A stretch of 62,974 bases of DNA, from assembly GCA_045628895.1 (NCBI GenBank), contig JAZQQD010000135.1, positions 1-62,974 of the forward strand. Direction: 5' to 3'. Positions 45,969 to 56,121 of this stretch are shown piece by piece; within the stretch, counting starts at the first letter, position 1, and the number at the start of each line of letters is the position of its first letter. The notes beneath the pieces were generated by a model. It did no database searches, was not told the origin of the DNA, and saw only the letters and a program-made list of their open reading frames with translations. The position numbers and the translations under genes are program-made. The DNA comes from Faecousia sp. (GTDB lineage: Bacteria > Bacillota > Clostridia > Oscillospirales > Oscillospiraceae).

Positions 45969-47050
45969 TTCTTTCCCTCCAAGCGATCTAAGGTGTCCCA
46001 CACGCCCAGCATATACTGGGTTCCCAGGGCACGGTCATACTTGCCGTAGCCGGGACGGCAGACACCGGGACCTTCCTCCCAGAGCTGACGGCCGTGGTCG
46101 GGACGGATATACCCCTTGAAGCCGCCGTCATGGTAGGCTCTCAGCACCTCAATGATGCCGGTTTCGCCGCAGCAATCCCGGTGGGCGGCTTCGGAGAAGT
46201 CACCGTTATCGAAGTGGTGGATGTTCCGCACATGGCCGAAGGCAATGCGGTCGCAATGCTTGCGGATGATTTCGGCACAGTTGTTATTGGGGTTTGCGTT
46301 GAGAGAGCCGGTGCAGAGGGTCAGGCAGTTGTAGGGGTCGTCCACCATCTTGAGGAACCGGTCGATACTGGGCTCGTCAATGAGAAGCCGGGGCAGGCCG
46401 AAGATAGCCCAGGGGGGATCGTCCATATGGACAGCCATTTTCACATCCGCCTCGTGGCAGGTGGGCATGATGGCTTCCAGGAAATACTTGAAGTTCTCCC
46501 ACAGCTTTTCCTTAGTGACAGGAGCGTAGGCCTTGAACAGCTCATCGAGCTTATTCATGCGCTCCGGTTCCCAGCCGGGGAAGGTCATGTTGTACTTCTC
46601 GGTGGAGGACATGATATACTCTGCCATGGCCTTATAGTCGCTTTGAATCATGTCCTTCTGGTAGAATAGAGCGGTAGAACCGTCTCCAACCGGGTGGAAC
46701 AGGTCGGTTCTCGTCCAGTCAAAGATGGGCATAAAGTTATAGCAGATGACCTTCACACCCGCTTTTCCCAGATTGCGGATACAGGTCTTGTAGTTTTCGA
46801 TGAGGGCATCCCGGGTGGGCAGGCCGATCTTGATATCATCGTGAACATTGACGGATTCCACCACCTCGGCATCAAAGCCGTAGCTGTGGATGAGGTCAAC
46901 TTCCTTCCCGATTTCTTCCTCTGTCCAGATTTCTCCGGGCATTTTGTGGTGCAGTGCCCAGACGATGCTCTCGACACCGGGAATCTGCTTGATATCGGCA
47001 AGAGTAATGGGGTCATTGCCTTCGCCGTACCAACGCCAAGCCATTTTCAT
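45965..47050 (-). CDS. uxuA: Mannonate dehydratase
   Basis: RWYG, VVESVNVH-DIK, CYNFMP-FDWTRTDL, H-DDPPW, RPDHGR, PGY-YDRALG motifs. Confidence 0.96.
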   Translation of the reverse strand: MKMAWRWYGEGNDPITLADIKQIPGVESIVWALHHKMPGEIWTEEEIGKEVDLIHSYGFDAEVVESVNVHDDIKIGLPTRDALIENYKTCIRNLGKAGVKVICYNFMPIFDWTRTDLFHPVGDGSTALFYQKDMIQSDYKAMAEYIMSSTEKYNMTFPGWEPERMNKLDELFKAYAPVTKEKLWENFKYFLEAIMPTCHEADVKMAVHMDDPPWAIFGLPRLLIDEPSIDRFLKMVDDPYNCLTLCTGSLNANPNNNCAEIIRKHCDRIAFGHVRNIHHFDNGDFSEAAHRDCCGETGIIEVLRAYHDGGFKGYIRPDHGRQLWEEGPGVCRPGYGKYDRALGTQYMLGVWDTLDRLEGKK

Positions 47051-47157
47051 AGGAACACTTCCTTCCGTTTGTGTTGTCTTTATCATACAGGAAAACGCAC
47101 ATCTATAACGAATCACTGGGTCTTATTTGCAAAATATGGGAGACTGTGCGCAGGCGG

Positions 47158-48147
47158 TCAGCTTTGATCCCCCGGGAAACGGATGCCTGCCATTTTTCGC
47201 ATTTTTTCAATCGTACTGCAGACAGCAAGGGTAACTACCTTTAATTCACGCATTTTTTCTTTGTTTTCTTCCAGAAATACCGGCACCAGATTCTGAATCT
47301 CATAGAACCAACGATCCGGATTCTGCTGCAGATTGTAGGTTTTCTCTCCGGCTGCGGTCACAACGCGCAGGGACTGAAGTCCATTGGGGCCATTCTCCAC
47401 AGAGAGGAAGCCATCCTCGCCCTGGATCTGGTAAACGCTTTCTCCCCGGGCATCCTTAGAGCCGCTCAGCGTCGCGCAGAAGTCCGGATAGGTCAGGCAG
47501 GCAATTCCCGAGGTATCGATGCCCTCATGCAGATTCGGCGCATACAGAGCGTTCTGAGGCTTACCAAAGAGGGCAAGGGTCAGATACACATTATAGAAAC
47601 TCAAGTCCATAAGACAGCCGCCGGCAAAGGCAGGATCAAACACATTGGTCTTGATACCTGCACGCAGCTTATCATATCGGCTGGAATATTGGGTGTAGCA
47701 TCCCAGAACCAGGCGGATCCTGCCGATTTCCCCCAGATGCTCTCTGATAACGGAAAAATTGGGCAAAAACATGGTGGGTACCGCTTCCAGAAGCATTCGG
47801 TTATTCCGCTCCGCCAGGGCAAAGAGCTCCTCTGCCTGCCACAGTTCCGGGCAGAAGGGCTTCTCGCAGATCACGTGCTTGCCTGCCTCCAGAGCCATTT
47901 TCGTCTGGGCATAATGGAGGCTGTTGGGAGATGCCACATAGACAGTATTGATATTCGGATCTGCCAGCATAGCATCCAAATCCGTATAGACGGTATCACA
48001 GCCAAAAGACACAGCAAAAGATCTTCCCTTTTCTTCAGTACGGGAATACACCGCCTGCAAGGAAATGCCGGGAGTTACGGACACCGCATTTAAGATACTC
48101 CGAACAATCTCTCCCGTGCCGATGGTTGCCAGTCTGATTTCTTTCAT
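47158..48147 (-). CDS. Gfo/Idh/MocA-family oxidoreductase
   Basis: IGTG-I, VYVASPNSLH, GKHVICEKP, QYSSRYD, GG-LMDL motifs. Confidence 0.9.
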   Translation of the reverse strand: MKEIRLATIGTGEIVRSILNAVSVTPGISLQAVYSRTEEKGRSFAVSFGCDTVYTDLDAMLADPNINTVYVASPNSLHYAQTKMALEAGKHVICEKPFCPELWQAEELFALAERNNRMLLEAVPTMFLPNFSVIREHLGEIGRIRLVLGCYTQYSSRYDKLRAGIKTNVFDPAFAGGCLMDLSFYNVYLTLALFGKPQNALYAPNLHEGIDTSGIACLTYPDFCATLSGSKDARGESVYQIQGEDGFLSVENGPNGLQSLRVVTAAGEKTYNLQQNPDRWFYEIQNLVPVFLEENKEKMRELKVVTLAVCSTIEKMRKMAGIRFPGDQS

Positions 48148-48288
48148 GACACTCCACTCCTTTTCTTTTGTTTTATCCGAAAGAGACAAAAATGTCAAGA
48201 AAGGATTGCTTTTTCCGAAAAATCACTTCCATTTTCCGGAAAACGCTGATATACTGAGGAAAGTGAAAAAACCGAAAGGAGAAAAAAC

Positions 48289-50094
48289 ATGGCACTGAAT
48301 ATGCGGAAGGACGTTCCCGTGGAAGAAACATGGGATCTGTCCCTGATCTACAAAACCGAAGAAGATATGTATGCTGCTCTGGAGGAGCTGAAGGCTCTGG
48401 CAGACCATACCGAACTGACCTACAAGGGAAATCTGAACACCCCTGAGAACATCAACGCCTGCCTGGATGAATACCGGAAAATCGTGGAACTCATGGTTCT
48501 CACCGGCAACTACGCCGACCTGGCAGTCTCTGTGGACTATTATGATGCCCACAACCAGGAGCGAAACGACAAGGTCAACTCTGTCCATGCGGACATTTCC
48601 AGCCGTCTGAGCTTTATCGACAGCCAGCTCATCGAGCAGGACGAGGAGATTCTGCGTGCTGCCGCAGCCGCAACCACCGCAAACAAAGGTTACATTGAAA
48701 ATGTTCTGCGGGAGAAGCCCTATCACCTGCAGCCTCAAACCGAGCAGGTGCTGGCCGCACTGAGCCAGCCTCTGGGCACCCCCTACCGGATCTACAACAT
48801 GGCAAAGCTGGCCGACATGAAGTTCGGGAACTTCACCGCAAACGGCAAGGAATATCCCCTGGGCTACTCCCTGTTTGAGGACGACTATGAGTACGAATCC
48901 GACACCGAAGTCCGCCGGGCTGCCTTTGCCGCTTTCTCCGAGAAGCTCCATGCCTACGAGAATCTTACCGGCGCTGCCTACAATGCCCAGGTGCAGACCG
49001 ACAAAATCATGTCCACTGTCCGGGGTTACAAGAACGTATTTGACTACCTGCTCTTTGGCCAGAAGGTTACCATGGAGATGTACAACCGCCAGATCGACCT
49101 CATCACCGAAAAGCTGGCACCCCACATGCGGAAGTACGCAAAGCTGGTGCAGAAAGCCCACAAGCTGGACAAGATGACCTGGGCTGACCTGAAGATTCCT
49201 CTGGATCCCGACTACGATCCTGAGGTCACCATCGAAGGCTCCAAGGAGTATATCGTAAAGGGTCTCTCCATTCTGGGTGAGGATTATGTGAACATGGTGA
49301 AGGAAGCCTACCAGAACCGCTGGGTCGACTTTGCCAAGAACCAGGGCAAGTCCACCGGCGGCTTCTGCGCCAGCCCCTACGGCAAGAATTCCTACATTCT
49401 GCTGTCCTGGAACAACCGCATGGCAGACGTATTCACCCTGGCCCATGAGCTGGGACATGCCGGCCATTTCAAGGCCTGCAACGGCGCTCAGAGCATCTTT
49501 GACACCAATGTGAGCACCTATTTCGTGGAAGCTCCCTCCACCATGAACGAGCTTATCATGGCAAACTACCTGCTGAAGACCAGCGATGACAAGCGGTTCC
49601 GCCGCTGGGTTCTGAGCTGCATGGTCAGCAAGACCTACTACCACAACTTCGTCACTCACCTGCTGGAGGCAGCCTACCAGCGTGAAGTTTACAAGATCGT
49701 AGATGCCGGCGGCAGCGTTGGCGCAGAGGTACTGAGCAAGATCAAGCGGGAAGTCCTGGAGAAGTTCTGGGGCGATGCCGTGGAGGTCGTAGACGGTGCC
49801 GAGCTGACCTGGATGCGTCAGCCCCACTACTACATGGGCCTGTACTCCTACACCTACAGCGCAGGTCTGACTGTGGCAACGCAGGTCGCCAAACGGATCG
49901 AGAACGAGGGCATGACTGCCGTGGAGGACTGGAAGAAGGTTCTCGCCGCAGGCAGCACCCTGGATCCCGTGGGTCTTGCGGGGCTTGCCGGCATCGATAT
50001 CACCACCGATGCTCCCCTGCTTGACACCATCGAGTACATCGGCAGTATGGTCGATGAAATTGAGAAGCTCACCGAGGAACTGGAAAACGCATAA
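48289..50094 (+). CDS. pepF: Oligoendopeptidase F (peptidase M3B)
   Basis: TWDLS, TLAHELGHAGH zinc motif, EAPST-NE, HYY-GLYSYTY. Confidence 0.95.
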   Translation: MALNMRKDVPVEETWDLSLIYKTEEDMYAALEELKALADHTELTYKGNLNTPENINACLDEYRKIVELMVLTGNYADLAVSVDYYDAHNQERNDKVNSVHADISSRLSFIDSQLIEQDEEILRAAAAATTANKGYIENVLREKPYHLQPQTEQVLAALSQPLGTPYRIYNMAKLADMKFGNFTANGKEYPLGYSLFEDDYEYESDTEVRRAAFAAFSEKLHAYENLTGAAYNAQVQTDKIMSTVRGYKNVFDYLLFGQKVTMEMYNRQIDLITEKLAPHMRKYAKLVQKAHKLDKMTWADLKIPLDPDYDPEVTIEGSKEYIVKGLSILGEDYVNMVKEAYQNRWVDFAKNQGKSTGGFCASPYGKNSYILLSWNNRMADVFTLAHELGHAGHFKACNGAQSIFDTNVSTYFVEAPSTMNELIMANYLLKTSDDKRFRRWVLSCMVSKTYYHNFVTHLLEAAYQREVYKIVDAGGSVGAEVLSKIKREVLEKFWGDAVEVVDGAELTWMRQPHYYMGLYSYTYSAGLTVATQVAKRIENEGMTAVEDWKKVLAAGSTLDPVGLAGLAGIDITTDAPLLDTIEYIGSMVDEIEKLTEELENA

Positions 50095-50098
50095 AGCC

Positions 50099-50129
50099 AT
50101 GTCCCGGGCCGCTTGGCCCGGGACATTTT
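50099..50129 (+). terminator. pepF terminator
   Basis: ATGTCCCGGGCC-GCTT-GGCCCGGGACAT-TTT. Confidence 0.7.
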
Positions 50130-50353
50130 AGACTGTTAAAAAACTCCTTCGGAGTTTTTTAGCAAAAGGCTGCAGTCTGCTGCGCGCATAATTTGTTTTC
50201 CATAGGAAAACAAATTCCACACTTGCAGCCTGTAAAGTATTTTCGTCCACGTACACGCCGCGGCCGAAAATAATTGAATTTCTTCGCCGCTGCGGCGGCG
50301 AACTCTGCGAGGCATTTGGGGCACACTATCATGGCCCAGGCTAAACGGTCTGA
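50128..50353. mobile_element. Putative MITE or structured non-coding element
   Basis: Imperfect terminal inverted repeats TTAGACTGTT / AACGGTCTGA enclosing at least five stem-loops; no credible ORF. Confidence 0.5.
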
Positions 50354-50518
50354 GTCTTTTTCTCTTCGTAAAAGAATAAAATCTTCGGTTTCGGCAGAAA
50401 ATGGGGGAAGAAATCCGTCATAAAAGCTTTACAATTTTTGCCAATTTCCCCATTGAAAGGCCGGTCTTCCCATGATATGATACAGGAAGAAACAAGATTC
50501 TATTGAGGAGGAAACCCC

Positions 50519-50830
50519 ATGTCTATTGTTCATGTTACAAAAGATACCTTCCAGGCCGAAGTTCTGGAAAGTGAAAAGCCCGTCCTGCTGGACTTCTGGG
50601 CAACCTGGTGCGGCCCCTGCAAGATGATCGCTCCCATTCTGGAAGAGATTGCCGAGGAGCGGGACGACGTCAAGATCTGCAAGATCGATGTGGACCAGGA
50701 GGCTGAACTCTCCCTCACCTACAAAATCATGAGCATCCCTACGCTGATGCTGGTGAAGGACGGCAATGTGGTTGCCCAGACTGTTGGTGCCATGCCCAAG
50801 GAAGAAATCCTTGCCTTTATGGAAGGTTGA
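50519..50830 (+). CDS. trxA: Thioredoxin
   Basis: DFWATWCGPCK, SIPTL motifs. Confidence 0.96.
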   Translation: MSIVHVTKDTFQAEVLESEKPVLLDFWATWCGPCKMIAPILEEIAEERDDVKICKIDVDQEAELSLTYKIMSIPTLMLVKDGNVVAQTVGAMPKEEILAFMEG

Positions 50831-50831
50831 G

Positions 50832-50865
50832 AAAAAAGCCGCTGCATTTTCATGCAGCGGCTTTT
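50832..50865. terminator. Bidirectional terminator
   Basis: AAAAAAGCCGCTGCAT-TTTC-ATGCAGCGGCTTTT. Confidence 0.75.
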
Positions 50866-50869
50866 GCTT

Positions 50870-52840
50870 TTATACAGGCTGTTTTCTGTGATCGCCCACC
50901 GGGTGGAAGGTCGTTACCACTTCAGCCACCTTGTTAACGATATCCATATCGTTATCAAAGCTGGCCCGGGCAAGCTCCTGCAGATCCTGCAGGAATTTCT
51001 CCTCGTCGAACTCGATAGGGTTGCCGATATGGATCAGCTTATTGGCTGTTTTCCGCATACCTTCCTCGGCCATCAGTTTTTCCTCGTACAGCTTTTCGCC
51101 GGGACGCAGGCCGGTATACTCCACCTTGATATCCACATCCGGAGTATAGCCGGAAAGGCGGATCAGGTTTCGGGCAAGGGTATCGATCTTCATAGGCTCG
51201 CCCATATCCAGCACGAAGATCTCTCCGCCCTGGGCATAGGTGCCTGCCTGGAGCACCAGGGAAACCGCCTCGGGGATGGTCATAAAGTAGCGGATGATAT
51301 CCGGATGGGTAACCGTCACGGGACCGCCGGCCTCGATCTGCTTCTTAAACAGAGGGATTACAGAGCCGTTGCTGCCCAGGACATTGCCGAACCGGACCGC
51401 CACAAACTCCGTGCGGGTCGTCAGCTTTTCTACATAGCCGGTGTGCAGGGTCACATCCACGGGATCCTCCGATGCATGGCCGAAGATCTGGGGCAGGATA
51501 TCCTCCCGATGGTTCCGGTTGATCTTATCCATGCTCTGGATCACCATTTCGCACAGGCGCTTGCTGGCGCCCATGATATTGGTGGGGTTCACCGCCTTAT
51601 CCGTGCTGATGAGCACGAAACGCTTTGCACCGTACTTCATGGCGGCATAAGCCGCCTTATAGGTACCGATGGCATTGTTTTTGACTGCCTCGCAGGGGCT
51701 GGTCTCCATCAGCGGCACATGCTTATGGGCAGCTGCATGATAGACGATTTCCGGGCGGTAATCCCGGAACACGCCCTCAATCCGTCGGCTGTCACGGACG
51801 GAACCGATGAGCACCCGGAGATTGAGGTTAGGATAGTTCCTTTTCAGTTCCTGCTCGATTTCATAGGCATTGTTTTCATAGATATCAAAGATAATCAGCT
51901 GCTTGGGTTCATGACCGGCAATCTGACGGCACAGCTCGCTGCCGATGGAGCCACCGCCGCCGGTGACCAGAATCACTTTTCCGGAAATGGATGCAAAAAT
52001 CTCATCCATATCCACCTTGATCATATCCCGGCCCAGGAGGTCCTCAATAGCAACACTCTTCATCTGGTTCACAGCCACATCACCATTGACCATCTGATAA
52101 ATGCCGGGCAAGACCTTCAGCTCGCAGTTTGTCTCCTTGCAGATATTGAGGATATCCCGCTTTTCCGTAGCTGTGGCTTTGGGGATGGCAAAGAGGATCT
52201 GGTCGATTTTATACTTATCCGCCACCCAGAGAATGTCCTCCCGGGTGCCTACAACAGGCACGCCCCGGATATATCGGCCGGTTTTATTCCGATTATCGTC
52301 AATGATGCACACCACACGAACATTGCTGTCCCCATGGCTGATATCCTCCAGAATCATCTGTCCCGCTGCGCCGGCACCGATGAGCATCGCCCGACGCAGA
52401 TCCGCCCGGGCTCGCTTGCGTATCAGCAAAACAACACGATAGGAAAAGCGAATACCCACCAGACAGCAGATCTGGAGGATAAAGCCGAATACGAAATAAG
52501 AAACAGGCATTCTGCCAAAATAGAACGCAGACAGCGCCACATGGACCACCGTTGCCAGCACCATAGCAACAGTACAGCGAACCAGTTCCACAAATCCAGC
52601 AAAGCGCCAAATACTGTTATAGAGCTTCAGCAGACCATAGACCACCAAGCAGGCCAAAAGATAATACGGCAGCATGGAAAGCGCCCGGTCAAGGTATTCC
52701 TTGGGGATATGGGAATACATACAGTCAAAGCGAATCCAAAGTGCCGCCATATGGCACAGAAATGCCGAAACCAGATCAAATAAAATCAGCACCGCAGAAA
52801 CCCAATGCCAGTGCTGGAATTTCTCTTTATGTTCAAACAT
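50870..52840 (-). CDS. CapD/PglF-family nucleotide-sugar 4,6-dehydratase
   Basis: N-terminal TMs; IEDLLGR, TGGGGSIGSELCRQ, HAAAHKHVPLME, STDKAVNPTNIMGASKR, VRFGNVLGSNGSV motifs. Confidence 0.93.
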   Translation of the reverse strand: MFEHKEKFQHWHWVSAVLILFDLVSAFLCHMAALWIRFDCMYSHIPKEYLDRALSMLPYYLLACLVVYGLLKLYNSIWRFAGFVELVRCTVAMVLATVVHVALSAFYFGRMPVSYFVFGFILQICCLVGIRFSYRVVLLIRKRARADLRRAMLIGAGAAGQMILEDISHGDSNVRVVCIIDDNRNKTGRYIRGVPVVGTREDILWVADKYKIDQILFAIPKATATEKRDILNICKETNCELKVLPGIYQMVNGDVAVNQMKSVAIEDLLGRDMIKVDMDEIFASISGKVILVTGGGGSIGSELCRQIAGHEPKQLIIFDIYENNAYEIEQELKRNYPNLNLRVLIGSVRDSRRIEGVFRDYRPEIVYHAAAHKHVPLMETSPCEAVKNNAIGTYKAAYAAMKYGAKRFVLISTDKAVNPTNIMGASKRLCEMVIQSMDKINRNHREDILPQIFGHASEDPVDVTLHTGYVEKLTTRTEFVAVRFGNVLGSNGSVIPLFKKQIEAGGPVTVTHPDIIRYFMTIPEAVSLVLQAGTYAQGGEIFVLDMGEPMKIDTLARNLIRLSGYTPDVDIKVEYTGLRPGEKLYEEKLMAEEGMRKTANKLIHIGNPIEFDEEKFLQDLQELARASFDNDMDIVNKVAEVVTTFHPVGDHRKQPV

Positions 52841-53054
52841 AACGGCGATTCTCCACTTCACGTAATTGAAAAAATCGGATGATTTCTTTCATTTTCTTTC
52901 CCATTGTATTATATTTTTCTATTTTCGTCAACCGGAAACTAAAGAGGCCGAGATCGCGATGCGGTTCAAATTCCACCAGGCAAGGAATCGGGTTCCATTG
53001 ATTTTTTAACTTTTCTGTATTATACTATAAAAAACTTCGAAAGGAGGCCGTGTG

Positions 53055-54125
53055 ATGGCAGATCTCTTTGATTATCTTCGCTGGCGGGGAGACATCCGTT
53101 TTTCTCAGGTTCCCATGAATTCCGTAGATGCGCTGATCTTTTCTGCCCTCGCCTATGTTCACTATGAGGACGCAGTGTCTTCTGTCCTGGATGACGGCAT
53201 TCCTTTGAAAGATGCCGCCCAGGCCGTACTGGCTCAACCGGATGCGGCTTCCCGATGCCGGGTAAAAAATGACCTGGAGCTTCTGAAGGCAGCTGCCGAA
53301 ACGGAACGGTTCGGAACAGCCCGGCTTTGCTGCTATCGCTCGGTATTTCTTCCTGAAAAGGCCACCCAGTTTGCCGCTCTGGCCTTCCTGCTCTGCGACG
53401 GAACGGCCTGCCTTGCCTTTCGGGGCACCGACAACACGCTGGTTGGCTGGAAGGAGGACTTTAACATGTCCTTCCAGGAAAGCATTCCCGCCCAACGTCT
53501 GGCAGAGCAGTACACCCGGGATTTTGCGGGTATGACCACCCTGCCCCTGTACCTCACCGGCCACTCCAAGGGCGGCAATCTGGCAGTATTCTCAGCGGCT
53601 ACCGGAGGCACCTGGGTACAAAACCGAATCCTGGCGGTATTCAACCAGGACGGTCCCGGTTTTCTGGAGCACATCACCAAGTCCGAAGGCTACATACGGA
53701 TCCTGCCCAAGATCAAGACCTATGTTCCCCAGTCCTCCATCATCGGCATGGTACTCAGCCACCAGGAGCCCCACATCATTATCCGCAGCAAGCAGCTGGG
53801 GATAATGCAGCACGATCTCTATTCCTGGGAGGTCATGGGGGCAGATTTCCTGCTGGCAGAGAGCATGACCGCCGATTCCCGATTCTGGGAGCAGACTTTC
53901 CACGGCTGGATCGACGGCATGAAACCCGAGGAACGGAGCCACTTCTTTGATACCCTCTTCCGGCTGCTGGAGACCGAAGATGCCTCCCACCCCAGGGACA
54001 TTATGAAGCCCCAGAATCTGCTGACCTACATCCGGGCCTTGAGCAATGACGAATCCATGCGAAAAACCTTAAAAGCGGAGCTATCCGGGCTGCTGCAGGC
54101 AGCAAAAGATGCACAAATAGAATAA
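53055..54125 (+). CDS. DUF2974 (Mbeg1-like) alpha/beta hydrolase
   Basis: DYL-WRGD, AFRGTD-TLVGWKEDFNM, GHSKGGNLA, DGPGF, QHD-YSW motifs. Confidence 0.9.
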   Translation: MADLFDYLRWRGDIRFSQVPMNSVDALIFSALAYVHYEDAVSSVLDDGIPLKDAAQAVLAQPDAASRCRVKNDLELLKAAAETERFGTARLCCYRSVFLPEKATQFAALAFLLCDGTACLAFRGTDNTLVGWKEDFNMSFQESIPAQRLAEQYTRDFAGMTTLPLYLTGHSKGGNLAVFSAATGGTWVQNRILAVFNQDGPGFLEHITKSEGYIRILPKIKTYVPQSSIIGMVLSHQEPHIIIRSKQLGIMQHDLYSWEVMGADFLLAESMTADSRFWEQTFHGWIDGMKPEERSHFFDTLFRLLETEDASHPRDIMKPQNLLTYIRALSNDESMRKTLKAELSGLLQAAKDAQIE

Positions 54126-54156
54126 AAAAGAGACATCCTTGCGGATGTCTCTTTTT
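54124..54156. terminator. Bidirectional terminator
   Basis: AAAAAAGAGACATCC-TTGC-GGATGTCTCTTTTT. Confidence 0.75.
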
Positions 54157-54168
54157 ATGTAACAGATA

Positions 54169-55071
54169 TCAGCCCTTAACTGCGCCCACGACGATACCCT
54201 TGATGAGATGCTTCTGCAGGAAGGGATACAGGACAAGGATGGGCAGCACGCCGATGACGGCCAGAGCCATACGCATACCGACGCTGGGCACGGAAACATT
54301 GGCAACGTCAACCACCAGGGATGCCTGGCCGGAGGACAGGAAGGTAATGTTATCCATGATCTTAATCAGCAGGTTCTGGATGCCGTAGAACTTGGTGTTA
54401 TCGACATAGTACAGAGCGTTGGTCCAGTCGTTCCAGTAGGCAAGACCGGCAAACAGGCCGACAGTAACATTGACAGGAATACTCATGGGGAACATGATCT
54501 TCCAGAAAATGGTCAGCTCGCCGGCGCCGTCCAGCTGAGCGGACTCCACGACGGAGGCAGGTACGTTGGTGGTGTAGTAGTTACGCACCAGCAGCACATT
54601 GAAGGCGCCCATCAGCAGGTTCGGCATCAGCAGAGCCAGATAGGTATCCTTAATGTGGAACAGGCGGGTCCATACCATGTAAGAAGGAACGATACCGCCA
54701 TGGAACATCATGGTAAAGAAGATGGCAAAAGCCAGCACATTGCGGTACTTGAAGTCCGGACGGGACAGGGGGTAAGCAAACATGGTGGTCATCAGCATGT
54801 TGATGGTGGTACCCACTGCAGTCAGGCAGATAGAGGTCAGATAGGCGCGGCCGATGGTCTTTGCCTGGTTGATCAGATACTTATAAGCGTCCATACTGTA
54901 TGCCTTGGGGAAGAAGGTGTATCCGTAAATGGTCAGAGTCTTCTCCTCAGTGATGGATGCCATAAAGATAAGGATCAGAGGCAGGATTGCAAACAGAGAT
55001 GCCAGGCCAAGAACAACCAGGGCAAAATACTTGAACAGACGTTCATTTCTTGTCAGTAATGTATCACTCAT
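54169..55071 (-). CDS. Carbohydrate ABC transporter permease
   Basis: ESAQLDGA, YWNDW, YPFLQK...GAVKG motifs. Confidence 0.93.
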   Translation of the reverse strand: MSDTLLTRNERLFKYFALVVLGLASLFAILPLILIFMASITEEKTLTIYGYTFFPKAYSMDAYKYLINQAKTIGRAYLTSICLTAVGTTINMLMTTMFAYPLSRPDFKYRNVLAFAIFFTMMFHGGIVPSYMVWTRLFHIKDTYLALLMPNLLMGAFNVLLVRNYYTTNVPASVVESAQLDGAGELTIFWKIMFPMSIPVNVTVGLFAGLAYWNDWTNALYYVDNTKFYGIQNLLIKIMDNITFLSSGQASLVVDVANVSVPSVGMRMALAVIGVLPILVLYPFLQKHLIKGIVVGAVKG

Positions 55072-55084
55072 GGTTCAGCCCTCC

Positions 55085-56032
55085 TTAGAACAGTGCGTCT
55101 TCTTTGTTGGTGAAGCGCACCAGGGTATTTGCGCCCAGCACAAAGGCAAAGCCAACCACAGACTGGAACAGGCCGGCGGCACTGGACATACCCACGTCGC
55201 CCAGTTTCATAAGACCGCGGTACACATAGGTATCGATGGTCTGGGTCACGGGATACAGAGCACCGGAGTTCTGGGGAACCTGATAGAACAGGCCGAAGTC
55301 AGAAGCAAAGATACGGCCGCAGCTCATGAGCAGCATCAGGGTAATCATGGGCTTCAGCTGAGGCAGAGTAATCTGAGTGATCTGCTGATACTTGCCTGCG
55401 CCGTCCAGACGGGCAGCCTCATAAAGGCTGGGATCGATGCCGGAAATAGCTGCTATGTAAACGATGGAGTTATAACCCACGACCTTCCACATCTGGACAA
55501 TCACCAGAATAAAAGGCCATGCTTCCTTCTTACTGTACCAGTTAATTGCTTCGCCGCCGAAAAGCTTGATGATGCTGTTCAGCAGACCGGTCTCAGGGCT
55601 CAGAAATGCGTAAACAATATAAGAAACAATGACCATGGAGATCAGGTTCGGCAGGATCATGCTGCCCTGATAGTACTTGGAGATGGTCATCTTTGTAATT
55701 TCGCTCATCAGAATGGCAACCACAACCGCCAGGACTGTGCCCAGGAAAATGAATGCCAGGTTGTAACACACGGTGTTACGGATCATAAGAGATGCGTCCT
55801 TGGTGGCGAACAGGAACCGGAAGTTCTTTAACCCGCACCAATCACTGCCGAAAAGGCCCTTCGCATAGTTCAGGTCCTTAAAGGCGATAAAAATGCCGAA
55901 CATTGGCAGATAGTTATTGATAAAAAGATAAATGAGGCCCGGAATCGTCAGGGCGAACAGGGGGAAGTTCTTCTTGAAATCAGAAGTCTTCTGGGTCTTT
56001 GCCTGGGTCTTTGCCGCTTCCGCAGTTTTCAC
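55085..56032 (-). CDS. Carbohydrate ABC transporter permease
   Basis: YLPMFG, YEAARLDGA, SDFGLFY motifs; GTG start. Confidence 0.93.
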   Translation of the reverse strand: MKTAEAAKTQAKTQKTSDFKKNFPLFALTIPGLIYLFINNYLPMFGIFIAFKDLNYAKGLFGSDWCGLKNFRFLFATKDASLMIRNTVCYNLAFIFLGTVLAVVVAILMSEITKMTISKYYQGSMILPNLISMVIVSYIVYAFLSPETGLLNSIIKLFGGEAINWYSKKEAWPFILVIVQMWKVVGYNSIVYIAAISGIDPSLYEAARLDGAGKYQQITQITLPQLKPMITLMLLMSCGRIFASDFGLFYQVPQNSGALYPVTQTIDTYVYRGLMKLGDVGMSSAAGLFQSVVGFAFVLGANTLVRFTNKEDALF

Positions 56033-56121
56033 TTTTCTCGCTTCCTTTCAAAGGGCGCACCGAGACCGCTGCCAGTCTCAGTGCGCCAAATATGATTGCG
56101 TAAAGGGTATGTCAGTCAGAC

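Noticed and set aside
48223-52783. 625-aa (minus) and 643-aa (plus) ORFs
   Set aside because: Antisense shadows of pepF and the capD-like gene.
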